Assembly: GCA_965198005.1 (NCBI GenBank)
Contig: CBDAOI010000002.1
Span: forward strand, 851,417-915,416
Source: Spirochaetia bacterium
GTDB taxonomy: Bacteria; Spirochaetota; Spirochaetia; SZUA-6; Bin103
Length of the DNA: 64,000 nt
Direction of reading: 5' to 3'
Shown here: in pieces, positions 42,277 through 51,883 of the stretch
How the letters are laid out: every line of letters begins with the position of its first letter
Numbering within the stretch: the stretch's first letter is position 1
Position numbers and translations under genes: made by a program
Notes under the pieces: generated by a model
What the model saw: the letters and a program-made list of their open reading frames with translations, nothing else
Database searches by the model: none
What the model was told of the DNA's origin: nothing

Positions 42277-44193
42277 ATGCGCATAACCCGGATCGAGATT
42301 CAGAACTTCCGATCGATCCGCCACTTGGTGGTCGATCTCGGGAAGACGACGGTGTTCGTCGGCCCCAACAACGCCGGCAAGACGGCGATTCTCGACGCGC
42401 TGCGGATCGCCCTGACCCGCCGCTGGGGACAGCGCGGGACGGGATTCAGCGAGTACGACGTCCACCTTGCGGATGACGCGGCCGATCCGAAGGCCTCCGG
42501 CGGCGTGAGCATCGAGCTGCGCTCCGAGGAGTCCGCTCCACAAGAGTGGTCGGACGCCATCACCGAGGATCTCGGGGACATCGTACAACTGGACCTGAAT
42601 ACCGGTCGCCGGTCCATCACCCTGAGAACCCGGTGCGCGTGGAGCGAGGAGAGCGGCGCCTTCGAGCCAAGCTGGGAATTCCTCGACGCCAGGCGCGAAC
42701 CACTCGTCGGGAGCAGCGCCCGGCGCATCAACCTCGAACGCTTCTGGCGCTATCTACCGGCGTTCTATCTCGGCGCGCTGCGGAACGCGGGCGACGAGTT
42801 TTCGCCGCGGTCTTCGCAGTTCTGGACAGGGCTGCTCAAGGCGTTGGAAATCCCCGCCGGCCTCGAATCCCGGGCGTTGCGGGTGCTCGACCTGCTCAAC
42901 CGCCGTCTGCTGAAAGCCGACCCGCGCCTAGGAGACATTGCCGCGACAATCTCGGGCGCTACGAGAATCGCGGCGCGGGATAGGGACGGCAGCCTGGACC
43001 TGCGGATGGTGCCGCTCAAGATGTGGGATCTGCTGTCCAAGGCCGAGATCATCCTGCGCAACGAGCCGGATTCCCCTTGGTTGCCGCTCCTGCGCCAGGG
43101 GCAGGGCATTCAGAGCCTGTCCGTCATTTTCCTGTTCCAGGCGTTCGTCGATCATCTGTTGGGGGAGTTGTACGAGCCCGGTAGCGAGCCGGTGCTCGCC
43201 CTGGAGGAACCGGAGACGCACCTCCATCCCCAGGCGGTACGCACGCTGTGGCGGCATATCAGCGCGTTGCCCGGTCAGAAGATCGTCACCACCCACTCGC
43301 CGTACTTCGTCCAGCACGTGCCGTTCCGGGACTTGCGGCTGGTACGGCTTACGGCGAACGGGACCGAAGTTCGCTCGCTTCCGGCCAGTTTTTCGACCAC
43401 AATTCCGGCGCTCGATGGACTGGAAGCGGTGGTGGTGAAATCGGAGGCGCGACTGAGCTACGAACGCGTACCCGAGACCCTCACCGTTCACGGCGCGCTC
43501 GACGAGACGACCTACCGCGCCCTACTCGCCGGCTGCGGCGGACACGAGAACCGCGCCGATCTCGAACAGAAGTTGCGGGACTTGCGGAACCGCTCGTCCC
43601 ATTACATCGACGACGACGAGCTACGGTCTCTCGAAACCTACGCCCGGCGAATGCGCGGAGAGATTTTCTTCGCCGAGCGCTGGCTCATCGTCGAAGGCCA
43701 GGCCGACTACTTGATCGTGCACGCAGTGGCGAACGCGCTGGGTTACGACCTGGACGAACACGGTGTGTCCGTCATCGACGCCCAAAACAACGGCAACCCG
43801 ACAACCTTCGCGGTGCTTGCCCGCGCGCTCGACATTCCCTGGCTGGCGGTGTTCGATGGTGATGAAGCCGGGCAGCGCTACGTTGAGGCCATCCGCAAGC
43901 GGGGATTCGCCATCGGCGAGATTGACCGCCGGTGTCGAACCCATCCCGCCGGCGACCTGGAGGCGCAGCTCTTGAACGACGGCCTCGGCCCGGAGTTGAG
44001 GGATACGCTGGCGGCGTTGGGCATCCACGATGCGGCCAAGCTGGATGACCAAGCCCTTTTGAGTCGATTGCGGGACAACAAGACCGCCTACGCCGCGGCT
44101 CTCGCGGCCCACCTCCGCGATGACCCCGGTCTGGCGCAACGGGCGCCCGAAGCGTTCCGGGCCGCCATCGAGCAACTGCGGGGGTTGACGTGA
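42277..44193 (+). CDS. OLD-family ABC-ATPase/Toprim nuclease (GajA-like)
   Basis: GPNNAGKT, LEEPETHLHP and TTHSP; Toprim IVEGQAD and FDGD. Confidence 0.9.
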   Translation: MRITRIEIQNFRSIRHLVVDLGKTTVFVGPNNAGKTAILDALRIALTRRWGQRGTGFSEYDVHLADDAADPKASGGVSIELRSEESAPQEWSDAITEDLGDIVQLDLNTGRRSITLRTRCAWSEESGAFEPSWEFLDARREPLVGSSARRINLERFWRYLPAFYLGALRNAGDEFSPRSSQFWTGLLKALEIPAGLESRALRVLDLLNRRLLKADPRLGDIAATISGATRIAARDRDGSLDLRMVPLKMWDLLSKAEIILRNEPDSPWLPLLRQGQGIQSLSVIFLFQAFVDHLLGELYEPGSEPVLALEEPETHLHPQAVRTLWRHISALPGQKIVTTHSPYFVQHVPFRDLRLVRLTANGTEVRSLPASFSTTIPALDGLEAVVVKSEARLSYERVPETLTVHGALDETTYRALLAGCGGHENRADLEQKLRDLRNRSSHYIDDDELRSLETYARRMRGEIFFAERWLIVEGQADYLIVHAVANALGYDLDEHGVSVIDAQNNGNPTTFAVLARALDIPWLAVFDGDEAGQRYVEAIRKRGFAIGEIDRRCRTHPAGDLEAQLLNDGLGPELRDTLAALGIHDAAKLDDQALLSRLRDNKTAYAAALAAHLRDDPGLAQRAPEAFRAAIEQLRGLT

Positions 44194-46127
44194 TCGACAC
44201 TCCACTCGAAACGAGCTTGCACGAATTGACCGACATCCAGCGGCGCGCCGTGGAGTGGGACGATGGCCCCCTGCTCGTATTGGCCGGCCCCGGCTCGGGC
44301 AAGACCCGCGTGCTTACCTGCCGGGTCGCACGCCTGCTGGAAGCCTCGCGCGAGCAGCGCTTTCGCATTCTGGCTCTGACGTTTACGACCAAGGCGGCGC
44401 ATGAAATGGCGAATCGGGTGACCGCCTTGGCGCCCGGCCTCGAAGGACGGGCGAACATCGTCACCTTCCACGGATTCTGCGCCCAAGTCTTGCGGCAGCA
44501 CGGCGTGCATCTCGGAATCAAGCCGAACTTTGCCATCTACTCGCGGACCTCGGATCGACAGGCCGTGTTGGAAGATGCCATCGGGCGCGACTCACAAGTA
44601 TTCGGCGCCGACAACCGGCGGCTCTTGCCCCTGATCGACGACTTGAAGGCTCGCATGGTCACTCCGGAGCAAGCCGAACAGTGTGATGCCGCGTGGAATG
44701 GCACGCCCCCAACAGACGCCGACCGCGTTGCCCGCGCCTACCGCCTCTACGAGGACGAGCTTCGCCGCGCCAATGCGGTGGACTTCAATTCGCTCATCCG
44801 CGAGGCGTACCGGCTCTTCGACCATCCGGCCATGGCCCGACACTACCAGACCGTCTACCGGTATTGGCTCATCGACGAGTTCCAGGACACCAACGGCGCT
44901 CAGTACGACTTGCTTCGGCGCATGGCAGGCGAGCACTTCCGCGAGATCTTCGCCGTCGCCGACGATGATCAGACCATCTACGAGTGGAACGGCGCCAACG
45001 TTCGTCGAATCGGCAGCCTGGTCGAGGACTTTGGCTGCGACGTGGTGCAACTGCCGACCAACTTCCGCTGCCCGCCGCGTATCGTCGAGGCCGCGAACCG
45101 CCTGGTCGTGTACAACGCCAGCCGCGTCGAGTCCAGGCAGCCGACCCAATCGGCGCAGGGGAAATCTACCAACGCAGATCAGGTTCAGTGTCGCGTGTTC
45201 GAGACGGACCAGGCCGAAATGGCGGGCATTGCCACCGAAATCGCCGATCTCGATGCCACTGCCCGCGGCCGGACGGCGGTGCTGGCCCGCAACCGGGCGC
45301 TGCTGGAGTCCATGCACAAGGCATTGGAAAGAAAGGGTGTGTCCGCAACGATCATGACCCGCCGCGACGACTTCGTATCGCCCGAGATGCGTTGGCTGGT
45401 GGCCTGCCTGAAGCAGATCGACCGACCACTCGACCGCCGCAACATGGTCACCCTGGTCGAGTCATTCGGGAGCTTCGCGCCCTCATCTGTGGATTTCGAC
45501 GAACTGGTGTCGCGGTCCGCTGCCGACGAAGTCACGTACCTGTCGGTATGGATCGATGTGATGCGGGACGCTGAACTGCCACCCTCCCTTGCTGCGGTTG
45601 TCGACGCGGTCGCGGGACTCGCTGCCGGAAGGGAAAAGCTCGCATTCGCGATTCAACAGGTCCTCGGTCACTTCGATGGCGACGATGCCGGCGACGACCT
45701 GAAGGAGGACTTGAGCGCTTGGCGCAGGTTGTCGAAAGAGATCAGGGCGGCGCAGGGATTCACGTCGCTCGATCGGTTTCTTCAGGAGATGGAGCTTCGG
45801 TCCAAGGAACCGGTTCTCGCGCCGGGCACGGCGTCTTTGGCGACCATCCATGGGGCCAAAGGCCTGGAGTTCGATACGGTCTACCTGATCGGTCTGGCGG
45901 AGGAGATCCTGCCCTCCTGGCACAGCGTCAAGGAAGGAAACGGCAGCGCCGCGCTCGAGGAAGAACGACGCGGCTGCTTCGTCGCCATCACGCGCGCGAA
46001 GCGACGCCTGATTCTGTCGCGAGCAGGCCAGTACCGGGGGTGGCCGAAACAACCGTCCCGCTTCCTCCAGGAAATGGACTTGCTGGACGGTGGCTCAATG
46101 AGTGGCTTGTACTCGCGGACCACATGA
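44190..46127 (+). CDS. UvrD/Rep SF1 helicase (GajB-like)
   Basis: AGPGSGKT, IDEFQDT, DDDQTIY, NFRC, TIHGAKGLEF and VAITRAK; GTGA overlap with the OLD gene. Confidence 0.92.
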   Translation: MIDTPLETSLHELTDIQRRAVEWDDGPLLVLAGPGSGKTRVLTCRVARLLEASREQRFRILALTFTTKAAHEMANRVTALAPGLEGRANIVTFHGFCAQVLRQHGVHLGIKPNFAIYSRTSDRQAVLEDAIGRDSQVFGADNRRLLPLIDDLKARMVTPEQAEQCDAAWNGTPPTDADRVARAYRLYEDELRRANAVDFNSLIREAYRLFDHPAMARHYQTVYRYWLIDEFQDTNGAQYDLLRRMAGEHFREIFAVADDDQTIYEWNGANVRRIGSLVEDFGCDVVQLPTNFRCPPRIVEAANRLVVYNASRVESRQPTQSAQGKSTNADQVQCRVFETDQAEMAGIATEIADLDATARGRTAVLARNRALLESMHKALERKGVSATIMTRRDDFVSPEMRWLVACLKQIDRPLDRRNMVTLVESFGSFAPSSVDFDELVSRSAADEVTYLSVWIDVMRDAELPPSLAAVVDAVAGLAAGREKLAFAIQQVLGHFDGDDAGDDLKEDLSAWRRLSKEIRAAQGFTSLDRFLQEMELRSKEPVLAPGTASLATIHGAKGLEFDTVYLIGLAEEILPSWHSVKEGNGSAALEEERRGCFVAITRAKRRLILSRAGQYRGWPKQPSRFLQEMDLLDGGSMSGLYSRTT

Positions 46128-48937
46128 TGGAGAGCAACGATCGCCGCCTGATCGAGGACTACCTGCCGCTGGACGTGCTCAACGCCATCGCGTCGAAGGA
46201 GAAGCTCCACCCGCGGCGCTACGTAGAGCTGGTCCACTACTGGCCGGCCCGCCGGCCGATCTCCGCCTGCCGCGCGGCAATCTACGCGGCGCTGACGCCC
46301 GCGCCGCGCACCGAAGCTGAACGGGATGAAGCCGCATCATTCGTTGCCGGGCTCTCCGCATACCAACCCGATACGAGGACGGTTTCCGAGGCACGCGAAC
46401 GGATCAAGGAGCTGCACGGCGGGCAGGCACCCAAGGTGCTCGACCTGTTCGCCGGCGGCGGCGCCATTCCGCTCGAAGCCGCCCGGCTCGGTTGCGAGAG
46501 TCACGCGATCGACTACAACCCGGTCGCGCACCTGATCGAGCTGTGCACTCTGGTCTATCCGCAGACCTTCGGCCCGAGTCTGGCGGACGACTTCGAGCGG
46601 TGGAGTGACGTGCTCCTGAAGCGGATGCGGCATGAGTTAGGCGGGCTCTATCCGCCGATCGACCTGCCCCATACTGCGGACGTGTCTCGCCAACGGCTGC
46701 TGTTCGGCAAAGCGGAGCAGAACTCCGCCCGCCGGGCCGACCCTGTTGCGTACATCTGGGCGCGCACCGTCCCCTGCCGCCGACCCGGTTGCGCAGCACC
46801 GGTCCCCCTGGTCCGGCAAGCGTGGCTGCGCAAGAAGGGCGGCGCCATCGCCGCCGTGCCGAGGATCGAGGACGGCAACCGCCTGTGTTGGGACATCGTC
46901 TCCGGCACCCAGGCGCGCGCCGTGGCGGGGCAGACCGAGCAGACCGGTTCCGGGCAGGCGGTGTGCGTGGCGTGCAATTCCCCCGTCCCGTCCGATCACG
47001 TCAAGGAGATGGCCGTGGCCGGGAGGATGGGGGAGTCGCTCGCCGCCGTCGTGGCTGCGCTGCCGCCGAAGAAGCCCCGCGCCAAGAAGCGGCAGAAGGT
47101 CTATCTGCCTGCCGGCGCGGTTGCGATGCCATCGGAAGGTGAGATTGGCCAACGCCTCGCCGCGCTCGAGGCAGAGCTCGGCTGCTTCCGCCCCGATGAG
47201 GCGTTGCAAGGCAAGCTCCGCGACCAGTTGCCGGCCTACGGCATTGAACGCTACCGGGATCTGTTCACGCCCCGGCAACTGCTCGTCCTCTTCACCCTCG
47301 TCAAGCACATTCGCCGGGCCCACGCCGAGTTGCTCCAGAACGGCATGGAAGAGGATCGCGCCAAGGCGCTGGCCACTTTCTTCGCAATGGCGTTCGGGCG
47401 CTTCGTGATCTTGTACAACAAGTTCTCGCGGTGGGAACCGCAAGATCAGATCACCCGAGGCGCAATTGGAGACCGTCAAGCTCTGAAGATGATCTACGAT
47501 TTCTCCGACATCAATCCCTTTGCCGTTACCACGGGAAGCCTTCCGTTCGCGTTGGACCGCGAGGTGTTTTGCATACGAGAGCTTGCCAAGGTCAAACAGC
47601 CTTGCGTCGTCTCCCGTGGCAACGCCGAGAAGCTGTTCTACGACAACGAGACCTTCGACGCGGTCGTCACCGATCCGCCCTACTACAGCAGCATCTACTA
47701 CGCCGACTTATCGGCGTTCTTCTACGTCTGGCTGAAGCGGATCGTCGGCGACCTCTACCCGGAGCACTTCGCACTCGCCGCCCCGCCCAAAAGGCGGGAA
47801 GCTGTGGCACAACCGAGCGAGCATGGCGACGACGCGGACAAGGCGAAGGAGCACTACGAACGCCTGATGCGCAACTCGCTGGCCGAGGCGCGGCGGGTGC
47901 TGAAGCCGGGTGCGCCGCTGGTGTGCGTCTACGCCCACCGCACCACTGAGGGGTGGGCGACTCTGATCCGGGCGCTTGTCGGCGCCGGAATGACCGTCAC
48001 CGAGGCGTGGCCAGTGCAGACGGAGTCCCGGGGCCGCGTGAACGCGCTCGGCGCTGCCGCGCTCTCCGACAGCATCTTCTTCGTGGCGCGCCGGCGCCAG
48101 CATGCGAACACCGGCCAGTACGAGTCGGAGGTTGAGCCGGAGCTTCATCGAATTGCTCGCGAGCGCGTGAAGACCCTCTGGAACGGAGGCAAGGGAATCG
48201 GCGGCGCCGACCTGTTGATGGCGGCGGTCGGCGCGGGTCTGCGCGCGTACACCCGCTTCGGGCGGGTCGATTACGCCAACGGCGACCCGGTGTCGGCGGA
48301 GTCGTACCTGCGCGAGGTCGAAGGCGTGGTCCTCGACGTGATGCTCGATGAGATCTTCGGCCTGCGCGGAGCGGCGGTGGCCGCCGTGGACTCGATCACC
48401 CGCTTCTACATCCTGTGGCGTTTCACCTATCGCGAGGCGAGCATCGAGGCGGGCGACGCCTACGTGTTCTGCTATCCCCAGGGAATCGAAATCGACGGGC
48501 CGGTCGGACTGGCGGGCAAGGCCCCGAAGCTGGTCGAGAAGTCCGGCAGCAAGTTCCGGGTGCGCACCTACGCGGAGCGCGGCGCCGACGAGCGTCTCGG
48601 GATCGCGCAGGACGGCAGGGCGGTGCCGCTGGTCGACGTGCTCCACCGCTTGCTGTACCTGCTCGATGAGCGGCCGGCCGCCGTTCAGGAGTATGTTGAA
48701 GCTGCACGGCCCAATCAGGAACAGCTTCGGTTGGTGACGCAGGCGCTGTCGGCGCCGGTTCCCGGACGAGCGGAACCGTTGCTGCAAGCATCGCCCACCG
48801 CCGAGCTCGGCGCGCTGGCGCGCTTGAACGCCAACTGGCGCGGCATCATTGAAGGGGCGGCGTATGCGCGGGAGGTTGCGGACATGGTAAGCGGCCAGAT
48901 GCCGATGGATTACGACCAAGAGACGACCGGGGAATGA
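46124..48937 (+). CDS. DUF1156-containing adenine DNA methyltransferase
   Basis: RRLIEDYLP, YWPARRP, SAM motif DLFAGGGAIPLEA, Zn ribbon and catalytic DPPYY; ATGA overlap with UvrD. Confidence 0.9.
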   Translation: MMESNDRRLIEDYLPLDVLNAIASKEKLHPRRYVELVHYWPARRPISACRAAIYAALTPAPRTEAERDEAASFVAGLSAYQPDTRTVSEARERIKELHGGQAPKVLDLFAGGGAIPLEAARLGCESHAIDYNPVAHLIELCTLVYPQTFGPSLADDFERWSDVLLKRMRHELGGLYPPIDLPHTADVSRQRLLFGKAEQNSARRADPVAYIWARTVPCRRPGCAAPVPLVRQAWLRKKGGAIAAVPRIEDGNRLCWDIVSGTQARAVAGQTEQTGSGQAVCVACNSPVPSDHVKEMAVAGRMGESLAAVVAALPPKKPRAKKRQKVYLPAGAVAMPSEGEIGQRLAALEAELGCFRPDEALQGKLRDQLPAYGIERYRDLFTPRQLLVLFTLVKHIRRAHAELLQNGMEEDRAKALATFFAMAFGRFVILYNKFSRWEPQDQITRGAIGDRQALKMIYDFSDINPFAVTTGSLPFALDREVFCIRELAKVKQPCVVSRGNAEKLFYDNETFDAVVTDPPYYSSIYYADLSAFFYVWLKRIVGDLYPEHFALAAPPKRREAVAQPSEHGDDADKAKEHYERLMRNSLAEARRVLKPGAPLVCVYAHRTTEGWATLIRALVGAGMTVTEAWPVQTESRGRVNALGAAALSDSIFFVARRRQHANTGQYESEVEPELHRIARERVKTLWNGGKGIGGADLLMAAVGAGLRAYTRFGRVDYANGDPVSAESYLREVEGVVLDVMLDEIFGLRGAAVAAVDSITRFYILWRFTYREASIEAGDAYVFCYPQGIEIDGPVGLAGKAPKLVEKSGSKFRVRTYAERGADERLGIAQDGRAVPLVDVLHRLLYLLDERPAAVQEYVEAARPNQEQLRLVTQALSAPVPGRAEPLLQASPTAELGALARLNANWRGIIEGAAYAREVADMVSGQMPMDYDQETTGE

Positions 48938-51840
48938 GCAGCACCTTCCGCCCCTGGCTCGAACGCGTCGATCTGCATCCCGACGTGCTCTCCGACCACT
49001 TGTCCGAAGACGTCTTCGCCCTCGACCTCGGCGCCCTGTCCGATTACCTGCTCGGCAAGGACTTCGGGCAGCCGGAGGCCGCATTGCCGCGCGTTCCGGC
49101 GGTGTACCGCGACGCCGCGAGCTTCTTCACCGCCTCCTACGTCACCAGCGGCCTCAAGTCCCTGCTTGAAGACGTGCTCGGGCGGCTCGCCGGCGCCGAG
49201 GGCAACCGCGTGCTCAAGCTGCTGACCCCGTTCGGCGGCGGCAAGTCGCATACCCTGGCCGCGTTGCTACACGCCGCCCGCTCGCGCGCGGCGCTCGACG
49301 CGCTGCCGGAAGCGGCTGGACTGCCCCGCCCCGAGGGCGTGCGCGTCGCGGTGGTCGACGGCCAGTTCTTCGACGCGACCAGCGGCAAGCGCCCGCCGGG
49401 CGAAGACATCACCGCCAGGACCCTGTGGGGCTGGATCGCGTGGGCGCTCGGCGGGCGGGAAGGTTACGAGCTGGTGCGGGCGCAGGACGAGGCGCGGGTG
49501 GCGCCGGGCGGCGATGCGCTGGTCGAGCTGCTCAGGGGCGGGCCGAGCCTGATCCTGCTCGACGAACTGCTGGAATACCTCATCAGCGGCGGCGGCATTC
49601 GCGTCGAGCAGACCACCTTGCGCGACGAGACCCTGTCGTTCCTCAAGCGGCTGACGGTGGCGGTCGGCAACGTGGACAACGCGGTGCTGGTGTACTCCCT
49701 GCAGTCGAGCAAGCGCGAGTCCCTCGAGTACACCAGCCTGCTCCACACCGTGGAGCACCTGGCCGCCCGCAAGGACCAGCGCCGGGAGCCGGTGGAGGGC
49801 AACGAGATCCTCCACGTCATCCAGCGCCGACTGCTCGCCAAGACCCCCGATCCGGCGGCGGCCGCGGCGACGGCGGACTCCTGCGCCCAGGTGTTCGCGC
49901 AGATGCGGCGCGCCCATGCGCAGGGCGAGCCGGAGCGCCAACAAGCCGAGGAAGAGGGCGTGGCGCTGCGCGACCGGATCAAGGCGTCCTACCCCTTCCA
50001 TCCCGCGCTGATCGACCTGATGCGCGAGCGCTGGGCCGCCATTCCCGACTTCCAGCGTACGCGCGGCGCCCTGCGCTTTCTCGCCTCCTGCCTGCGCGCC
50101 GCCCACCGCTCCGGCGGCTCGCGCCTGCTCCTCGGTCCTGGCGATGTGCCCATCCACGATGCCGAGGTCTACCTGGCCTTTTTCAAGGAAGTCGGCCAGC
50201 GGGAGGACTTTAAGGCCTGCCTGGAGCACGACTTCGTCGGCGCCAACGCGCGCTCGCGCCAGATCGACGAGCGGCGCGCGCGGGAAGTGACCGCCGAAGC
50301 CGGCAAGCAGCCCGCGACCCGGCTGGCGACCGCCATGCTGCTTTACTCCTTCGGCGGCCTGCGGCGCGGCGAGAGCGACACGAGCGACCTGCTGCCGCCG
50401 GGCATCGGCGAGCCCGATCTGCTCGGCGCGAGCATAGGACCGGACCTCGACAGCACCACCATCCAGGCCTGCCTGAAGGAGCTCAAGGAGCGTTGTCTCT
50501 ATCTGCACTTCGACGGCGTGCGCTACTGCTTCAAGAAGGACCCCAACGTCACGCTGCTGGTCGAACAGGAGGCCGAGGCCGTGTCCCGCGACGAGGCCCG
50601 TGTTGAGGCCCGCATCCGGCAGATGATCGAAGAGCGTCTCGCCGGCCAGCGGTCGGCCATCGTGTGGCCCGCGAAGCCGGCCGACGTACCGGATCGGGAG
50701 GCGCAGTTCCTCATCGCCTACCTGCCGCTTGAATTCGCCGCGCAAACTGCCGACGAGCAAAGGCGTATCGCGCTCGACCTCTGCGAAAACTTCGGCAGCC
50801 GCCAGCGGGAGTACCGGAACGGAATCGGGCTCGCCGTTCCCTCACCGGATCAGGTCGAAGTCCTGCGCCGCGCCGTGCGCTACCTGCTGGCGGTCGAGCG
50901 CGTGCAAGGGAAGTCGCGCGACCACAATCTCACCAATGCGCAGAAGGGCCAGCTCAAGGAGCGCAACGCGACGGAAAAGGCGGCGACCGAGTCTGCCTTG
51001 CTCAAGCTCTACGGCGAAGTGTGGCTGCCACTGTCCGGCAGCGATGGACTCTGGCTCGATACCGTCAGCATAGGCGGGCGTCCGCTCCAGACAACGCTAG
51101 ACGAAAAGAAGCGCGCCCTGATTCACCAGCGGTTGATGGAGCTGCTGACGACCGTGCAGCGCCGCGTGTTCGGCACAGTTGCACCGGGGAAGCTCGTCGA
51201 ACTGTACAAGCTCGGCGAGGAAGGCACCGGCCAATCCGGCATCCCCACCGACAAGGTCGTCGCCGGGTTCTACGAGTTTCTCGGGTTCCCTCGCCTTCTG
51301 TCATCGAACGCCGTACGCAAAGCCATCGCCCGCGGCGTGGAAACGGGCCTTTTCGGATTCGTCACGGGACGGCCGCCGCTCGGCGAGGACGGCCGATACC
51401 AGATCGACCGGAGCCGCGTCGCCTTCGAGCGCAGCGTCGCCGACGACGAGATCGACCTGGACTCGGGGTTTCTCATTGTGCCGGGCGCACTGCCTGAGAA
51501 GCCGTCTCTGCCCGGTGATTCGACCGCTGGCAACGGGACGGGTGTGGACACCTCAGGGCCAACGGGTGGCGGAGACGAACACGGTGACGGCGACGGCCGG
51601 GGGCATGATCCAGCGCCGCCCGACGCGAACAGCGGCCGCAAGATCGCCGTCTCATTTACCGCCGACGCAAGCAGGCTGTACGCGGCCTGGAACGCCCTCG
51701 CCAACCTCGCGGACGTGGCCGGAGAAGTATCGATCAGCGCCAGCGCGACAGCCAAGAGCGGCTACGACAAAACCAAGCTCGAGAACGGCGTCCTGGAGCC
51801 GCTCCGGGAACTCGGGCTGATAAAGGACGAGGAAGCCTGA
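48934..51840 (+). CDS. DUF499 AAA+ ATPase
   Basis: TPFGGGKSH, LILLDEL, SYPFHP and FQRTRGALR; ATGA overlap with the methyltransferase. Confidence 0.9.
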   Translation: MSSTFRPWLERVDLHPDVLSDHLSEDVFALDLGALSDYLLGKDFGQPEAALPRVPAVYRDAASFFTASYVTSGLKSLLEDVLGRLAGAEGNRVLKLLTPFGGGKSHTLAALLHAARSRAALDALPEAAGLPRPEGVRVAVVDGQFFDATSGKRPPGEDITARTLWGWIAWALGGREGYELVRAQDEARVAPGGDALVELLRGGPSLILLDELLEYLISGGGIRVEQTTLRDETLSFLKRLTVAVGNVDNAVLVYSLQSSKRESLEYTSLLHTVEHLAARKDQRREPVEGNEILHVIQRRLLAKTPDPAAAAATADSCAQVFAQMRRAHAQGEPERQQAEEEGVALRDRIKASYPFHPALIDLMRERWAAIPDFQRTRGALRFLASCLRAAHRSGGSRLLLGPGDVPIHDAEVYLAFFKEVGQREDFKACLEHDFVGANARSRQIDERRAREVTAEAGKQPATRLATAMLLYSFGGLRRGESDTSDLLPPGIGEPDLLGASIGPDLDSTTIQACLKELKERCLYLHFDGVRYCFKKDPNVTLLVEQEAEAVSRDEARVEARIRQMIEERLAGQRSAIVWPAKPADVPDREAQFLIAYLPLEFAAQTADEQRRIALDLCENFGSRQREYRNGIGLAVPSPDQVEVLRRAVRYLLAVERVQGKSRDHNLTNAQKGQLKERNATEKAATESALLKLYGEVWLPLSGSDGLWLDTVSIGGRPLQTTLDEKKRALIHQRLMELLTTVQRRVFGTVAPGKLVELYKLGEEGTGQSGIPTDKVVAGFYEFLGFPRLLSSNAVRKAIARGVETGLFGFVTGRPPLGEDGRYQIDRSRVAFERSVADDEIDLDSGFLIVPGALPEKPSLPGDSTAGNGTGVDTSGPTGGGDEHGDGDGRGHDPAPPDANSGRKIAVSFTADASRLYAAWNALANLADVAGEVSISASATAKSGYDKTKLENGVLEPLRELGLIKDEEA

Positions 51841-51883
51841 GGCAACTCACCGCCGAGAGGATGTTACTGGGGAATCGGAGTAG

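Noticed and set aside
45719-46123. N-terminal extension of the DUF1156 ORF
   Set aside because: It overlaps the UvrD coding region; family-like sequence begins at ATG 46124.
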